Positions 24,256 through 39,590 of a stretch of 64,000 nt of DNA are shown here, piece after piece (within the stretch, counting starts at the first letter, position 1; the number at the start of each line of letters is the position of its first letter). The DNA lies in assembly GCA_964016885.1 (NCBI GenBank), contig OZ024745.1, positions 45,880,001-45,944,000 on the forward strand, read 5' to 3'. Below the pieces are notes generated by a model, which was not told the DNA's origin, made no database searches, and saw only the letters and a list, made by a program, of their open reading frames with translations. Source of the DNA: Eledone cirrhosa. Its lineage: Eukaryota. Both the position numbers and the translations under genes were made by a program.

Positions 24256-25711
24256 AAAACAAACGATATATTGTGGATTAGATATGCCAGTGGTCTTAAT
24301 ATTTGTGACTGCTAAATTTTTAACTACCCTAAATGATGACAAAATTGAATGATAATAAAAACTTAAGAAGAGATTTCTGATAAAATCGTAGAGAGACGTT
24401 CTCTGTAAACGTTTTACTATTTGTAAAATGGCCCCCACCATCCTACATTTGTGGACTGCTTGTTTTTCCTTCATTCATAAAACACTACCCTCTACCAGTT
24501 ATATACACCGCAGCCTCACTGTTACTCATATTCGAAATTTACAATTTATATATAACAAACAAAAGTAAGAAACTATGCATGACTCTTACACATGCTAGAA
24601 GTAGCAGCTAAATCTCCCTTAAATGTAGTGCTTTATACATGAAATTCGAGTATGGTTACAGCTGAAACACAGATTTAGACAAAGGCTAAAACATCTACAG
24701 CTTGGTGGTAGCTAGCAACATGCAAGAATGAAAATAAATGTTTTCAGTTTATAAAAAAACCTGGTGTAATATTTTAATAATGGAACTCCAAGCATTATAT
24801 AACTTAAAGCCTCACCAGATATAAATCGCGTACTGCGTTTGAACATATGTCTACTCGAGGTTGACCTAGGACTAAGCAACAATATTCTTTATATAACGTG
24901 TTAACCTGACATGAAGGCATCCATGAACATGTCCCATTATCCTGACACACTTGTATACACATCACGCCACTGGCGCATTACTTTTCTAAATATCACTTTT
25001 ATCAATAATATATTCTGATATACATCCGATATATTACGTATATCTTAACAAAATGATATAATTTCTTCAGATTTGATCGATAGATAGCCATATGTTTTCC
25101 ATAAATAAAATAATGTATCCAATACAAACCTCTGTTTAAAAATATTGCTCATTGAATAGTAGCAAACTCATCGAAGAAAGATGATATTCTGTTCGAAAAA
25201 AAAAATAAATTACCAAATAGTAGACTTCCTCATTACATCTGAAACATACATCTCAAATTCTACATATAGTAAAAATCTCAGATTTTAGATATCTTATCTT
25301 TGCTGTGAACATATACATTTCCTTTGATTGAACACATATTTTAGATCATTTGACTAACCACAAGTTTAATTATGTAAAACATCTCATATTTTAGTTATTT
25401 TTTATGAAGCAAATATTAATTTTTGTTTGAATAGGTACAAAGCCAATATTTCCAGGGGAAACAACTATCTATCTGAAATGACACCGGTTAGTATAGGAAT
25501 TCATTTTACCAACACAGAAGAACTGAAAGGTGTTAATTCAGTCCTAATGAAACCACATTACATTAAGGCTGGAGCTTAACGCTGTCTGCAATATTGCTAC
25601 TCTTAATATCCTATTAGTTCTTTTTTAAGTTGGGTCATGAGATTTCCCTACTGTCGTATTAAGTATTAAGTATTCGAACATAGTCACAACTAAGGTAAAT
25701 AGACCGAGCAA

Positions 25712-25990
25712 TACGTAAGCATAATGGTAATGGTGTTGGACGTACGATCTTAACGTCGTCAGTTCGATTCTGGACTGGGTTGTGTGTTGTGTTCTTGAGC
25801 AAAACACTTCAGTTCACGTTGCTCCAGTATACCAAACTGAAAATGAGTATCTGTTGTAACTATGGAGTAAACCCTGCGATGGACTGGTATGCTGCCCACA
25901 GGAAAGTATTGTACTCTAAGTCACTTAACGTCAAGGAAACCGGAATAAACACCTGCCTGGTGAGCTTCCAGGCTTGGGACGGACTTTAAT
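25712..25990 (+). mobile_element. CORE-type SINE (tail type 2)
   Basis: gttcgattc B box; 'tgtgttcttgagcaaaacacttc..cacgttgctccag'; 'aaccctgcgatggact' tail. Confidence 0.75.
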
Positions 25991-26253
25991 TTAATTCAAA
26001 TGTATAAAGGTTAGTTATCTAACACATGAAAGATGATTAGAACTAAAGTCCAAATGTTTGTATTTCTGTTTACCTTTCATAATTAGCGTTATCTCTCAAA
26101 TTATCTCAGGTGTTTTCAAGAATGACAAGGGATTCTGTAGTATTTATGATATATATATATACATACGTAGGTCCCGGGTTGAGTCGGGGATAACCACAGT
26201 AAGTAAGGTACTCAATACATGGCAGAGTAAAATTTTTTTATTTTATAGAAGGA

Positions 26254-26302
26254 GCTTCTACAGGACTAGTACTGTTTCATTCAGATGAAATCTTCAGGAA
26301 GC
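26254..26302 (-). ncRNA. Type-I hammerhead ribozyme (mirror copy)
   Basis: Exact reverse complement of 26310-26358. Confidence 0.8.
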
Positions 26303-26309
26303 AGGAAAT

Positions 26310-26358
26310 GCTTCCTGAAGATTTCATCTGAATGAAACAGTACTAGTCCTGTAGAAGC
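26310..26358 (+). ncRNA. Type-I hammerhead ribozyme with a complete stem III
   Basis: gcttc CTGAAGA t-ttc-atct-gaa-t GAAA cag-tactagtc-ctg TA gaagc; stem I 5 bp; stem III ACAG/CTGT; GUA site after 26353. Confidence 0.82.
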
Positions 26359-26383
26359 TCCTTCTATAAAATAAAAATTTAAA

Positions 26384-26792
<409 letters not shown>

Positions 26793-27629
26793 ACGGCCTA
26801 CCCGCCCAGCCAGTGGGATGGCGTAATCGTATGGCTAAAACAGCACGTGTTGTGACCAGCGGCGCCGAATGGCGCCCGACAGACTGGTCGGTCGAGGTGA
26901 TCAAGGTGATGTATATATGTATATATATATATATATATATTGTGAGGGGGAGGGGGATTTCTTTTTATCCTGTAAGTATTAGTGAATCTTCTCGATTCTG
27001 TTTGCTGAAATGTTACGGCTACGGCGACAATTATGTGTAAAATCCTATTATTTCTAGAATCAAGCCATTAGGAAATATTCATTTATTGTTTGTCTCACCC
27101 CTCCCTCAAGCCCACCACCAACAACTAAATATATTTAAAACCAACATTTCTCAATTCTATTACAATGTTCTAGCATTTCTGTTTAAGGTGTTAGCCTCAG
27201 TCATAGCTGCAGGTCATCTGGAGATTACATCCCATCATGAATATTGGATGACTCAGTAGTCTTATATATTCTCTTTCGTCTAACAAGACATGCAGAAATC
27301 TACCATTGGGTGTGACTGTTTATACAGACGACACATACTTGATGCAGATGAAATATCTTATGTAGAGAGGCTTTTTGAAAAAAATTCTGGAATTTTCCAA
27401 CATGCTAACAGAATATATAAATTCAATAGTTATCATGATATCAAAAGCAACGTCCGCTAAACTGATACTACTACGGCACTCGACTTTTGAGAAGGCTTTT
27501 GTTTAGTGTGACATCAATTCGCTGAAGAATACTCTTGGTAAATATATTCACTAGCAAATAGATTGACTAATGAGTTGGTAAATAGATACTAGCAATCAAT
27601 CAATAGGGAAGGGGAAGTATAGAAACGGT

Positions 27630-28315
27630 GAGAGTGTGTATGTGATAGAGAGAGAGACAGACAGTGTGTGAACTAGAGAGAGAGACAGAGAGTGTGTGTA
27701 CTAGAGAGAGAAAGACAGAGAGTGTGTGTGTTAGAGTGACAGACAGGGAGTGTGTGTGTTAGAGAGACAGACAGAGAGTGTGTGTACTAGAGAGACAGAC
27801 AGAGAGTGTGTGTGTTAGAGAGACAGACAGTGTGTGTGTGTGCTAGAGAGACAGACAGACAGTGTGTGTACTAGAGAGACAGACATAGAGTGTGTGTTAG
27901 AGAGACAGACAGACATAGAGTGTGTATGCTAGAAAGACAGACAGAGAGTGTGTTAGAGAGACAGACAGACATAGAGTGTGTATGCTAGAAAGACAGACAG
28001 AGAGTGTGCGAGAGAGACAATCAGAGTGTGAGTGTGTACTAGAGAGACAGACAGAGAGTGTGTGTTAGAGAGACAGACAAAGAGTGTGTGTGTTAGAGAG
28101 ACAGACAGAGAGTGTGCGAGAGAGACAATCAGAGTGTGAGTGTGTACTAGAGAGACAGACAGAGAGTGTGTGTTAGAGAGACAGACAAAGAGTGTGTGTG
28201 TTAGAGAGACAGACAGAGAGTGTGCTAGAGAGACAATCAGAGTGTGAGTGTGTACTAGAGAGACAGACAGAGAGTGTGCTAGAGAGACAGACAGAGAGTG
28301 TGCTAGAGAGAGAGA
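27630..28315. repeat. Degenerate ~24-28-bp minisatellite (AGAGTGTGTGTACTAGAGAGACAGAC)
   Basis: Direct reading. Confidence 0.9.
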
Positions 28316-28512
28316 AAAGAGAACGGTCGAAAGAACGAAAGGACGGAATGGAGAAGGAAATAAAAGATCAGGAGAAAGTAAAGAAACGCAAAGAAAGAAA
28401 ACAGAGAAAGTGATGAGGGTAGAGGAGAATAGGAGAAGATATAAGATACGAAAATGAAGTCATAAAAGAAAGGACGGAAATAGAGATATAAAATACTAAG
28501 TTAATATTATCG

Positions 28513-28687
28513 TGGCAGTATAGGTAGAGAGTCGGAAGCCATGCTTTGACGCATAGTTACGGCCCTTTACGGTCTGAGTTCAAATCCCGCCGAGGTTAAC
28601 TTTACCTTTCATCCTTACAGGGTCGATAAAATAAAGTACCAGTAATGTACTGGATAATTGCTGGCCTTGTGCCAAATGTAGAAACAA
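28513..28687 (+). mobile_element. SINE family A
   Basis: A and B boxes, core and tail; TSD ATTATCGT. Confidence 0.92.
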
Positions 28688-29096
28688 TTATCGTTACTAG
28701 CAGAAAAACCACCCTTCGGCTGGTTTTCTGCTAGCATGTGTAGTGTGCATATTGATATTATATGCAAGTATATATATATACATGTAGATATGATACATGA
28801 AATAAAATCGTAATTGACAATATATACAGAAATTGAACGTAGACTGCGTTACACTGTCTTATGTAATCAGTAACGTAATCCATGATACATTTTAAAAAAG
28901 ACGATATTATATATAAACTGCATTAGGAGAAAATTAGTGACGCCAATATATGAATGTTTATTTAAGCGATCGCTAACCGGAAGTGTTGATATTTGAACAT
29001 TTTAAAGAAGTGAATCTTTAAATAAGTAATAAAATATATTTAATCAACAGCCACGAAATTTAGTAGATAAATTATGTAATATTCATTCATTATTTA

Positions 29097-29320
29097 TTCA
29101 AATCCCGCCGAGATTGACTTTGCCTTTCATCCTTACGGGGTCGATAAAATAAAGTACCAGTAATGCACTGGGTAATTGCTGGCCTTGTGCCTAAAATAGA
29201 AACAATTATTTATTCAAAGTAAAGAGTTAACTTTGCCTTTCATCCTTACGGTGTCGATAAAATAAAGTACCAGTAATCTACTGGGTAATTGCTGGCCTTG
29301 TGCCAAAAGTAGAAACAATT
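29097..29320 (+). mobile_element. Two tandem 5'-truncated SINE family A copies
   Basis: ~29097-29205 and ~29224-29318; flanking repeat ATTATTTATTCA. Confidence 0.88.
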
Positions 29321-30053
29321 AGTTATTCGAAGTAATCCAACTTATTTTAGTAATGGGATAAAAAATTATAAACCGTACGCAATCCCGCGCTCCTTACTTT
29401 ATTATAGTTTAGATTTACATTCGCTGGACTTGATTTAGTCACAAATTATTTAGAGGTTGATTTCTTTTTATAATTTCAGTTTTTGAATAATACCAGTAAT
29501 GTATTACTGTTGAATTTTTCGTTTACATTATCTCCCTTTATAAAAACTGACATAAAATCATAAACCAAAACAAATCTATATTGGTGTTATTAGTTTCGCC
29601 TTCATCGTGTTATCTTTCTTTGTGTGATATTATTATTTCATGTTTAGTTTTTAAACTGGTTCTATTTTCTCACCTTTGAGCTTAGGATGATCCTGAACTC
29701 AGGATGAACCTGAGTTCAAATGTGAAACTCCAGAATAATAACACTCATCACTTAATCATAATAAAGAATATTGAAAATCATCTTCAGAATTGAGTACTCT
29801 TTCTTGCGTTTGTCATTATTGCACGAATATATATATATATATGTGTGTGTGCGCGTGTGTGTGTGTGTGTGTGTGTGTGCGTGTGTGTGCGTGTGTGTGT
29901 GTATAATATATATATATAGAGAGAGAGAGAGGGGGGACACATGTGTGTGTGTGTGTGTACATATATACACACTACATACATATGTGCCTGTGTATGTGTG
30001 CATATTTTCTTTTTTGTATTATTTTTCTAACTTTTCCTGGATATCTTTACCAT

Positions 30054-30100
<47 letters not shown>

Positions 30101-31101
30101 AGGCTCTTTCTTTCGATAATTGTCTCAGTCTAATAAATATGCAAATGTAACTTCAGCTCCCGAAAGTGCTTCCTTTAAAAGCTGACGTTTAGTTCAGATT
30201 CCTTGGCAATAAAGAAAGTGAGAGACAAATCTTTGTAAACAATGTTAGTCCATCTTGCGCAGAAAACATTCTAAAAGATTTCGTACCTATTGCTTCGACA
30301 ACAGAGCAAACTAATGTTCGAAAAATTAAACAACATTGTTAGAATACATGACAAGATGAACTGAATACCTATTGATGGATCCACCGTCTGTTTCAACGAT
30401 GGGTATTCCATCAACTGAACCTTCAACTCTTAACCTAGTGCGTAAGTGGACGAGTATTCAACAGACTCGTGTGCCCTTAAAATAATTCCCAAGTAGAGTC
30501 AGTGGACTTTTGAAATACATGTGCAATCCATCTACCCAATTTCCCATATAATTCTTGGGTTGACCCATAGCTATAGTAAAGACAATTGCCCAGTATATTA
30601 TACAGTGAGATCGAACCTGAAACCTCATGATTGCGATGCGAAATTCTTAAACACTAAACCACACCTTCATCCACATCTACCTAATAAGTTGTTGGTGTAT
30701 GAATAGCGATCCTCATTGTATTTTAATTGATCATAAACTAACTTAGTATAGTGAAAGCGCCAACAAATCTGGGGAACTGGGCTATATATTGAACACAGTC
30801 TATGATTAAAGTTTGGCTTCTATAGATCCGAATATAAATCCTGGTCAGATCGGCTTCGTCTTTTAGACTTCTGCTAGGAGAGGGTCGATAAAATATGTAA
30901 AATTTTTCTCCAGTGGAATTGATTCATTTTACTGTATTCCTATTCCTTAAAGATTTGGCCATATACCTAGTTAAGAATTAATCAATATCTTTACAAGCAA
31001 AGTAGATTTGTAGATAATTTAGTATTTCTCCCTCTGTCTATTTCTCAAACTCTTATTTTATCAATTATTTCAGTTAATTTCTTTCACTAGATTTTCGGTT
31101 T

Positions 31102-31355
<254 letters not shown>

Positions 31356-31849
31356 TGTGTACTTGTGATGGATTTCTTATATAGTTTTTCAATCTCATAT
31401 AAAATGTCCCTTAATCACCTTCTTCTTCTTGTTCTCAAAATTTCTTTCTCTCTTTCTCTCGTGTTTTTCTCATTTCTCCCCATATACACAATGTATTACG
31501 TCAAAGATACGCGCACACACAAATACACTTTTCTCTCTTTGTCATACTTTCCTTTTCTTTCATAAATTCCCACACGGTTTCGGTGATGAGTGTTTCGTGG
31601 AGATTCAGCGTGAAATATTGTGTGACAAGTCCGGCCAATTAAATTACAGCCTGTCCGATTGGCTTCCAAACACTTTCCGTCTGCCCAATTTTATTCTCAA
31701 GGTATGGGTAGACACCTGCCTTTGATGCTACGCAGTAGAAAGTTGTGCCGTACATATCTCGAGATGAATAAACTACACAATCAACTTTATATAAATGTCG
31801 AGGCTGGCGTTAGATAAAATTGCCTATACACATGAGTAATTTTTATGTG

Positions 31850-32042
31850 CAGACCTGCCAACTTCTAAAAACCCAGACCAGTACCATGAAAAAGGTGCCC
31901 CAAAACTGAGAGAAATGAGGCAAAATGGGGAGACATTTTACATAATGAAAACTATACCCATTTTCACTAGAGAAGACATCTCTTACCTACCACAAAGTGG
32001 GTGGGAGATCTCCCCGTCGGACAGGGGGAGTTGACAGGCCTA
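31850..32042. mobile_element. Possible hAT-type MITE
   Basis: Imperfect TIR CAGACCTGCCAACT / AGTTGACAGGCCTA; possible 8-bp TSD tttatgtg / tatatgtt. Confidence 0.45.
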
Positions 32043-32189
32043 TATATGTTTAAAATCCCTCTTCAATGTTTGTAAGCTAGCAGCTAGTGAGAGGTGTAGA
32101 GTTCCGTGAAAACCAATTTCAATGTAACACGTATGTTAAATACAGGCTAGTCTTGAAATGTTTAAGTTAAAGTCTGTCGCAAGCCATCA

Positions 32190-32425
32190 GGCTGATACTT
32201 ATCCCCGGTTTCATTTTTCACCGTCTTTAAGCAACTAAAAGTACAAGTGACCTTCCTGGGCCTGACGCCAGTTCATAACAAGTATTCGTTTTCAGCTGAG
32301 TGTACTGGAGCAACATGAAATGAAGTGATTTTCTCAAAAACATAAGTGACCCGATCCAGGATTCGAAACCATGACATTATAATCGTTAGGCCTATACCAT
32401 AACCACTAGATCACGTATCTTATAC
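32190..32425 (-). mobile_element. CORE-type SINE, degenerate (tail type 2)
   Basis: cagctgagtgtactggagcaacatgaaatgaagtg...ggattcgaaacc...aaccactaga. Confidence 0.65.
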
Positions 32426-33231
32426 ATGCGAAAGATAATCAGGATATCTCTATATTTTTGTGTGATTTGTGAATGTGTGTGTGTGTGTATGTGTTTGTGT
32501 CTGTGTGTGCATGTATGATCATTTGTTTAACGCAATGTGTTAAACAATAAATCCTCCCACATTTCCGTTTTTAGACTTCAAGCCTCACTTATCCACTTGC
32601 ATTTAGTTACCACCAAGCCAGATGTTGACAAAAGAAAAGAAAGAAAAAATACAAAATAAAATGAGAGTTCGTTGCTGACAGTGACACGGTTATTTTGTAA
32701 GACTTTTATAGGACTAAATATTAATGAACAGAATTGTACAGGATTGTATTTTTTTATGTAGAAGATTCACATGTAGATTTTAAAATAGGGTCTTATACAA
32801 TTTTGCTGATTAGATGAACTTGCAATGGCAAGTTATTACTGTCATTCTTTGTCAGATAACATCAACTTTTATGGCTTAGTAATTCACTTTTTCGATAAAC
32901 AATTGTGGTACAGTTCTGAATGAATATATAATTTATGTGGTTTCTTCTAGATATTTTGCTTTCAGAGACTTTTTATTGTTTGAAGACTCTGCCCCTACGA
33001 CACTCTCAGGAATAAGTGGGCGACAGCGAAGAAGAAATATTTTCTATCATCTCCCAGTTAATTCGCATGTTTTTGTCGTCCATCTCTTTCGAATACGACT
33101 ATTACTTCGGCAAATATGACGAAGTCCATGCTTTTCAGATTAAACCATATTAATAGCAAAACATATTTGAAGATGTCTCCAGTACTTTCCGAAATAATTA
33201 AAATAATTCTTTAAAATTGTAGAAAATCAAA

Positions 33232-33465
33232 AAACAGAAAATAATTTTAACTACAGTCGATTGCTATAAAGAATAGCTTAGAAAATCGGGTAAAGTACCC
33301 ATATAGACGGGAAAAAGTGGACAGTAGCTGCTACGAATAATCGTGGTGTTCGATTCCTTCGTAGTTCTTGCTGGTATTTCTTTCAACAGGAGCACTTTAC
33401 CCGATTTTCTAAACTATTGTTCATAGCAATCGACTGTGGCTACAATTATTCTCTGCGTTTGGGAT
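33232..33465. mobile_element. Head-to-head pair of the tRNA-associated repeat (imperfect ~70-bp arms)
   Basis: acagtcgattgctataaagaatagcttagaaaatcgggtaaagt / actttacccgattttctaaactattgttcatagcaatcgactgt; central GTTCGATTCC. Confidence 0.6.
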
Positions 33466-34039
33466 TCCTGCATCTTCTAAGAATTTCAAATCTAACCAAC
33501 GCTTCGATACTTTATAATTAAAATGATATCAGTCCTTGATTAATATTCTTCTTCGGCGACATATAATTCTAGCTAGCTTATTAATGGTACCTTAATTAAA
33601 CATGTTAATATAAACTTAACTATAATCTATTCGGGCAACTTCATATTAGTTGTACATTATTAACACACGGGTATGAAGAACAATGGAGGTGAAGTCCATC
33701 CTTTATATCGTTCGAGGAAATGTATTGTGTACATCTAACATAATTCTCAGGAAGATTAAACATGACACAATGTGTGACAAAGCCAGAGCTTTGAATTACA
33801 AGTATAGTCAATCAGACGGGCTTCCAAACAGTTGCTGTCTATCAAATTTCATTCACAAAGCATGGATCAATCCAAGGTTATGGTAAATGACACGTGTCCA
33901 AGATACATGCAGTGGGATTGAAGCCGGGACCTAATAATATCGAAGTGAACCTCTGAACCATTCAGCTATCCTGCATCCACCGAACGATATAATGCTTCTT
34001 CTCGACAGTTTCAACTGCATCTATAAGCTTAGCCGTCTT

Positions 34040-34345
34040 CTCACACATACACACACAACGTATAAACACACGTACACAAACAAACATACATAAGCACACA
34101 CACACACACATACACACACAACGTATAAACACACGTATACAAACAAACATACATAAGCACACACACACACATACACACAACGTATAAACACACGTACACA
34201 AACAAACATACATAAGCACACACACACATACACACACAACGTATAAACACACGTACACAAACAAACATACATAAGCACACACACACATACACATACAACG
34301 TATAAACACACGTACACAAAAAAACATACATAAGCACACACACAC
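34040..34345. repeat. ~60-bp CA-rich minisatellite, about 5 copies
   Basis: caacgtataaacacacgtacacaaacaaacatacataagcacac recurs. Confidence 0.9.
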
Positions 34346-34639
34346 AAGCGCGCGCACACATGCATGAAAACGCGTGCACACGTGTGCACACAAACGCGCG
34401 TACTCACACAAAAAGCAGATATATAAACACGCACATGCATTAACATATGCACACACTGACACAAACATATAAGCAGACACACACAAATACAAGCCTAAAC
34501 ACCCACACAATCACATTCATAAATACACACATACTCACACACATACACACATAAACACTAAACAACTCACACATAAACGCACACCAACACCTATAAACAC
34601 GTACATACACACTCACACACAGACTCTCTCTCTCTAGCC

Positions 34640-34677
<38 letters not shown>

Positions 34678-34949
34678 TACACTCAGACCCTTTCTCTTTC
34701 TTTCTCTCCTCTCGCCCCACACTCACACAGTTATCCTCTCACTCCCCCTCTCTCACTCTCATACACTGTTATACTATTTTTCTCGCTTTCTTTCTAGCAC
34801 ACAATTTCTCTCTCTCCCTCTCACACACACACACACAAACATTCTCTCTCTCTCTCCTTATCTCTCTCTCTCCTTCTCTCTCTCTCATAAACACACATAC
34901 ACAATTTTTCTCTCTCTCACACACACAGATACGATCTCTCTCTCACTCA

Positions 34950-34981
<32 letters not shown>

Positions 34982-35409
34982 CTTTCTCTTTCTCACACAT
35001 GCATACTCACGTTCTATACCTTTCTCTCTTTCTCTTTCTCACACACACATACACACTTTCTCTCTCTCTCTCTCTCTCACTCCTTCCCTCTCTCCTACAC
35101 ATCACACACATACTCACAGTCCTTTCTACCCGGTTTCCTAGTAACTGGTAAGCTGTTCCTGTGTAGCAGCATGCAGTGTAATATTTGCCGTTAGGAAGAA
35201 AAGAAAGAAATGGGAATCAGATATTTAGACACACTATCAAACGTCCCATAACAGAATTTGTTTACCGTCACAACTATCGACCTTGTTCACATCACTTCAC
35301 TCCCCCCACACACAGTTGATAATAAATAATATTAATTATAAACAAGCGATTGACTTAAGAAGCCTTCGGATAATAATTGGAAATGTAGCCGTCCCTATGT
35401 AAATGATAG

Positions 35410-36317
35410 TAATGGTTTCTACATTTGGCACAAGGCCAGCAATTATCCCAGTGCATTACTGGTACTTTATTTTATCGACCCCCGTTAGGATGAAAGGCAA
35501 AGTTAACCTCGGCGGGATTTGAACTCAGAATGGCAAGGGCCGTAACTCTATACGTCAAAGCATGGCGTCCGACCCTCTACCGATACTGTCAATCCACCGC
35601 GTCGCTCTAATAATTGTTTCTACTTTTTGGCACAAGGCCAGCAATTATCCCAGTACATTACTGGTACTTTATTTTATCGACCCCATAAGGATGAAAAGCA
35701 AAGTTAACCTCAGCGGGATTTGAACTCAGACCATAAAGGGCCGTCTCTAATAATGGTTTCTTATATAGGTACAAGGCCAGTAATTTGGGGAGAGGGAGAA
35801 GTCGATTAAATCGACCTCAGTGCGTAACTGGTACTTTATTTTATCGACCCCATAAGGATGAAAGGCAAAGTTAACCTCGGCGGGATTTGAGCTCAGGCCG
35901 TCTCTAATAATTGTTTCTACTTTAGGCACAAGGCCAGCAATTACCCAGTGCATTACTGGTACTTTATTTTATCGACCCCGTAAGGATGAAAGGTAAAGTC
36001 AACCTCGGCGGGATTTGAACTCAGATCGTAAAGGGACGTAACTGTGCTGCAAAGCAAGGCGTCCGACCCTCTACCAATACTGCCAATCCACCGCCCTCAG
36101 GCCGTCTCTAATAATTGTTTCTACTTTTGACACAAGGCCAGCAATTACCCAGTGATATTACTGGTACTTTATTTTATCGACCCCGTAAGGATGAAAGGCA
36201 AAGTTAACCTCGGCGGGATTTGAACTCAGACCGTAAAGGGACGTAACTATGTTGGAAAGCATGTCCGACTCTCTACCAATACTGCCAATTGACCGCCCTC
36301 AGGCCGTCTCTAATAAT
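35410..36317 (-). mobile_element. Stack of five head-to-tail SINE family A copies
   Basis: Copies at ~35410-35600, 35612-35743, 35753-35896, 35911-36097 and 36115-36298, separated by the recurring linker (CTCAG)GCCGTCTCTAATAAT. Confidence 0.92.
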
Positions 36318-36758
36318 GATATCTAATTTTATCCGACGCTGTACCGACTGTACTGATAATTCACTACCGTAATGGAAATAATGATTACATGACTACTATG
36401 AATGATTGGTGGGGAAATCGGGTAAAATACCCTTAGAGAAGGAGAAAAAGCAGAAGAGTCGTTCAGCGTAGGGATTAAAGTTCTCGTCTCCATCCGGGAG
36501 ATAAGGGGTTCGATTCCGCGCAGGCGTTTCTGTCCCAGGCTATGTTCTCAACAATTATTTATAGTGATCGACTCATATTTGTATTTGAAGGTCCTTGTAT
36601 TTACTGAGTTTCCTAGATGTACAGTCTACGGATACTGACGCGCTTATGCTTTGAAACCTAAGGTAGAGTTATACACGTTACGCGTATGAATCAGCTCAAT
36701 TTCATTAGATAGAGCTCTCTTTTCCTTTTTCCTCCCTACAGATCTTTTCACTATATGC

Positions 36759-36809
<51 letters not shown>

Positions 36810-37210
36810 TGTGTCTGTGTCTGTGTGTGTCTGTGTGTGTCTGTGTGTGTGTAATTTAAATCAGCGTGCACACCAACAGCCAAAATTAACAATACACACA
36901 AAGTAACTATGACTAGTATTTGTTTGATTTGTTACAAATAGCAGCTAAATTCCCTTCAAATCACATCCGACAGTTTTAGAAAGCAATTGAGAATGTGGTT
37001 CTAGATTCCCTGCACGTATGAGAAAGGTGTGATATTGATGGTTTAAATACCTTTAATTATAGGTCTGTTGATCATAGGTATGATTGGGGGCAAAACAACC
37101 ACAAGAACAAATAACCTCACATTGAACCACATCATCTTCCCCATCTTCCTTACCCCCGCTTCCTCCTAATTCACTTCAGTATCCTATTACCACAAACATT
37201 ATAATAATCA

Positions 37211-38325
<1,115 letters not shown>

Positions 38326-38744
38326 GCCGCCATTAACACTGCCTTCGTTACTGGCAGTTGTCATCGTTATTGACACCTTCATTGCTATCATCATTATTGA
38401 AGTCAACCTATTGTATGTCACATCTAGAATCTACCATTCAAGATAGAGAGGAGGAGAAGGCGCCTTGTGAAGTGAAATTAAATGGCAGCCCGCCTTTTCC
38501 TCATATTCAACATTTTCTCAATATGTACACCAACTGTTTTCAACGGGATTCACCGGTTGCCAGGTTTTAGTTATTATTATTATTATGAACTATCGAACAT
38601 TGCTGTGTCTCCATGGTAACTAACATGGGGACTCAAGTGAAGGGTTTGGAGTTATAACAACAAAACAAATACAAAAAGTGGAAGAATAAAAGAGAGGTTT
38701 CAGGGGAATATATATACATATATATATACATGTATATGTAGATG

Positions 38745-39030
38745 GTCGAGGTTGACTTTGCCTTTCATCCTTACGGGGTCGATAAAATAAAGTACCAGTA
38801 ATGCACTGGGTAATTGCTGGCCTTGTGCCTAAAGTAGAAACAATTATATATTGGCAGTATCGGTAGAGGGTCGGACGCCATGCTTTCCAGCATAGTTACG
38901 TCCCTTTACGATCTGAGTTCAAATCCCGCCGAGGTTGACTTTGCCTTTCATCCTTACGGGGTCGATAATATAAAGTACCAGTAATGCACTGGGTAATTGC
39001 TGGCCTTGTGCCTAAAGTAGAAACAATTAT
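38745..39030 (+). mobile_element. Two tandem SINE family A copies (truncated, then near full length)
   Basis: 38745-38848 and 38851-39030. Confidence 0.92.
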
Positions 39031-39058
39031 ATATATATATATGTGTGTGTATATATAA

Positions 39059-39090
<32 letters not shown>

Positions 39091-39429
39091 ACATATATAT
39101 ATATATACATACATATATATATAATATATATATGTATATATATATATATATATATACAGACACACATATATATATATACATATATATATACATACACACA
39201 CACATATATATATATACATAAATATATATATATATATATAATATATATATATGTGTGTATATATTTATATATATATATATATATAAATGGAATAGAATGA
39301 AACGAAATTTCATTTCTCACTCTTAGTACGGCACTTACTTAAATGTAAGTATGTATGTATGTATACGTACATACATATATGTATACAGACGTACAATAGT
39401 ATGTATATATATATATATATATATATATA

Positions 39430-39590
39430 ACGAAGGAAATGTGGTAAGGAACCAGGTGGACCATAACGCACCAAAGTACTCAATACTTGAGGTAGTAGAG
39501 TGGGTAATAGGAACCAGTAAGACCCCGACAGCTGAGAATTAGCCGTCGAAACGGCTTGAGCTCAGCTGTCGGGGTCTTACTGGTTCCTAT
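39430..39590. mobile_element. Penelope-like terminal fragment with a 30-bp-arm inversion in (TA)n; 3' half of a hammerhead
   Basis: ATAGGAACCAGTAAGACCCCGACAGCTGAG / CTCAGCTGTCGGGGTCTTACTGGTTCCTAT; GAAA-cggct-tgagctc-agctg-TC. Confidence 0.55.

Noticed and set aside
28696-29415. Helitron/Helentron-like element (5' ACTAGCAGAAAA hairpin; 3' TTTTATTATAG..TAGAT)
   Set aside because: Termini are only suggestive, there is a single copy in the window, and boundaries cannot be supported
35410-36317. Repeat-spacer (CRISPR-like) array
   Set aside because: The 'spacers' are homologous SINE copies and the short repeats are TSD-like linkers
36462-36530. Functional tRNA gene
   Set aside because: T-loop-like GGTTCGATTCC is present, but no convincing acceptor or anticodon stems could be paired; treated as part of a repeat
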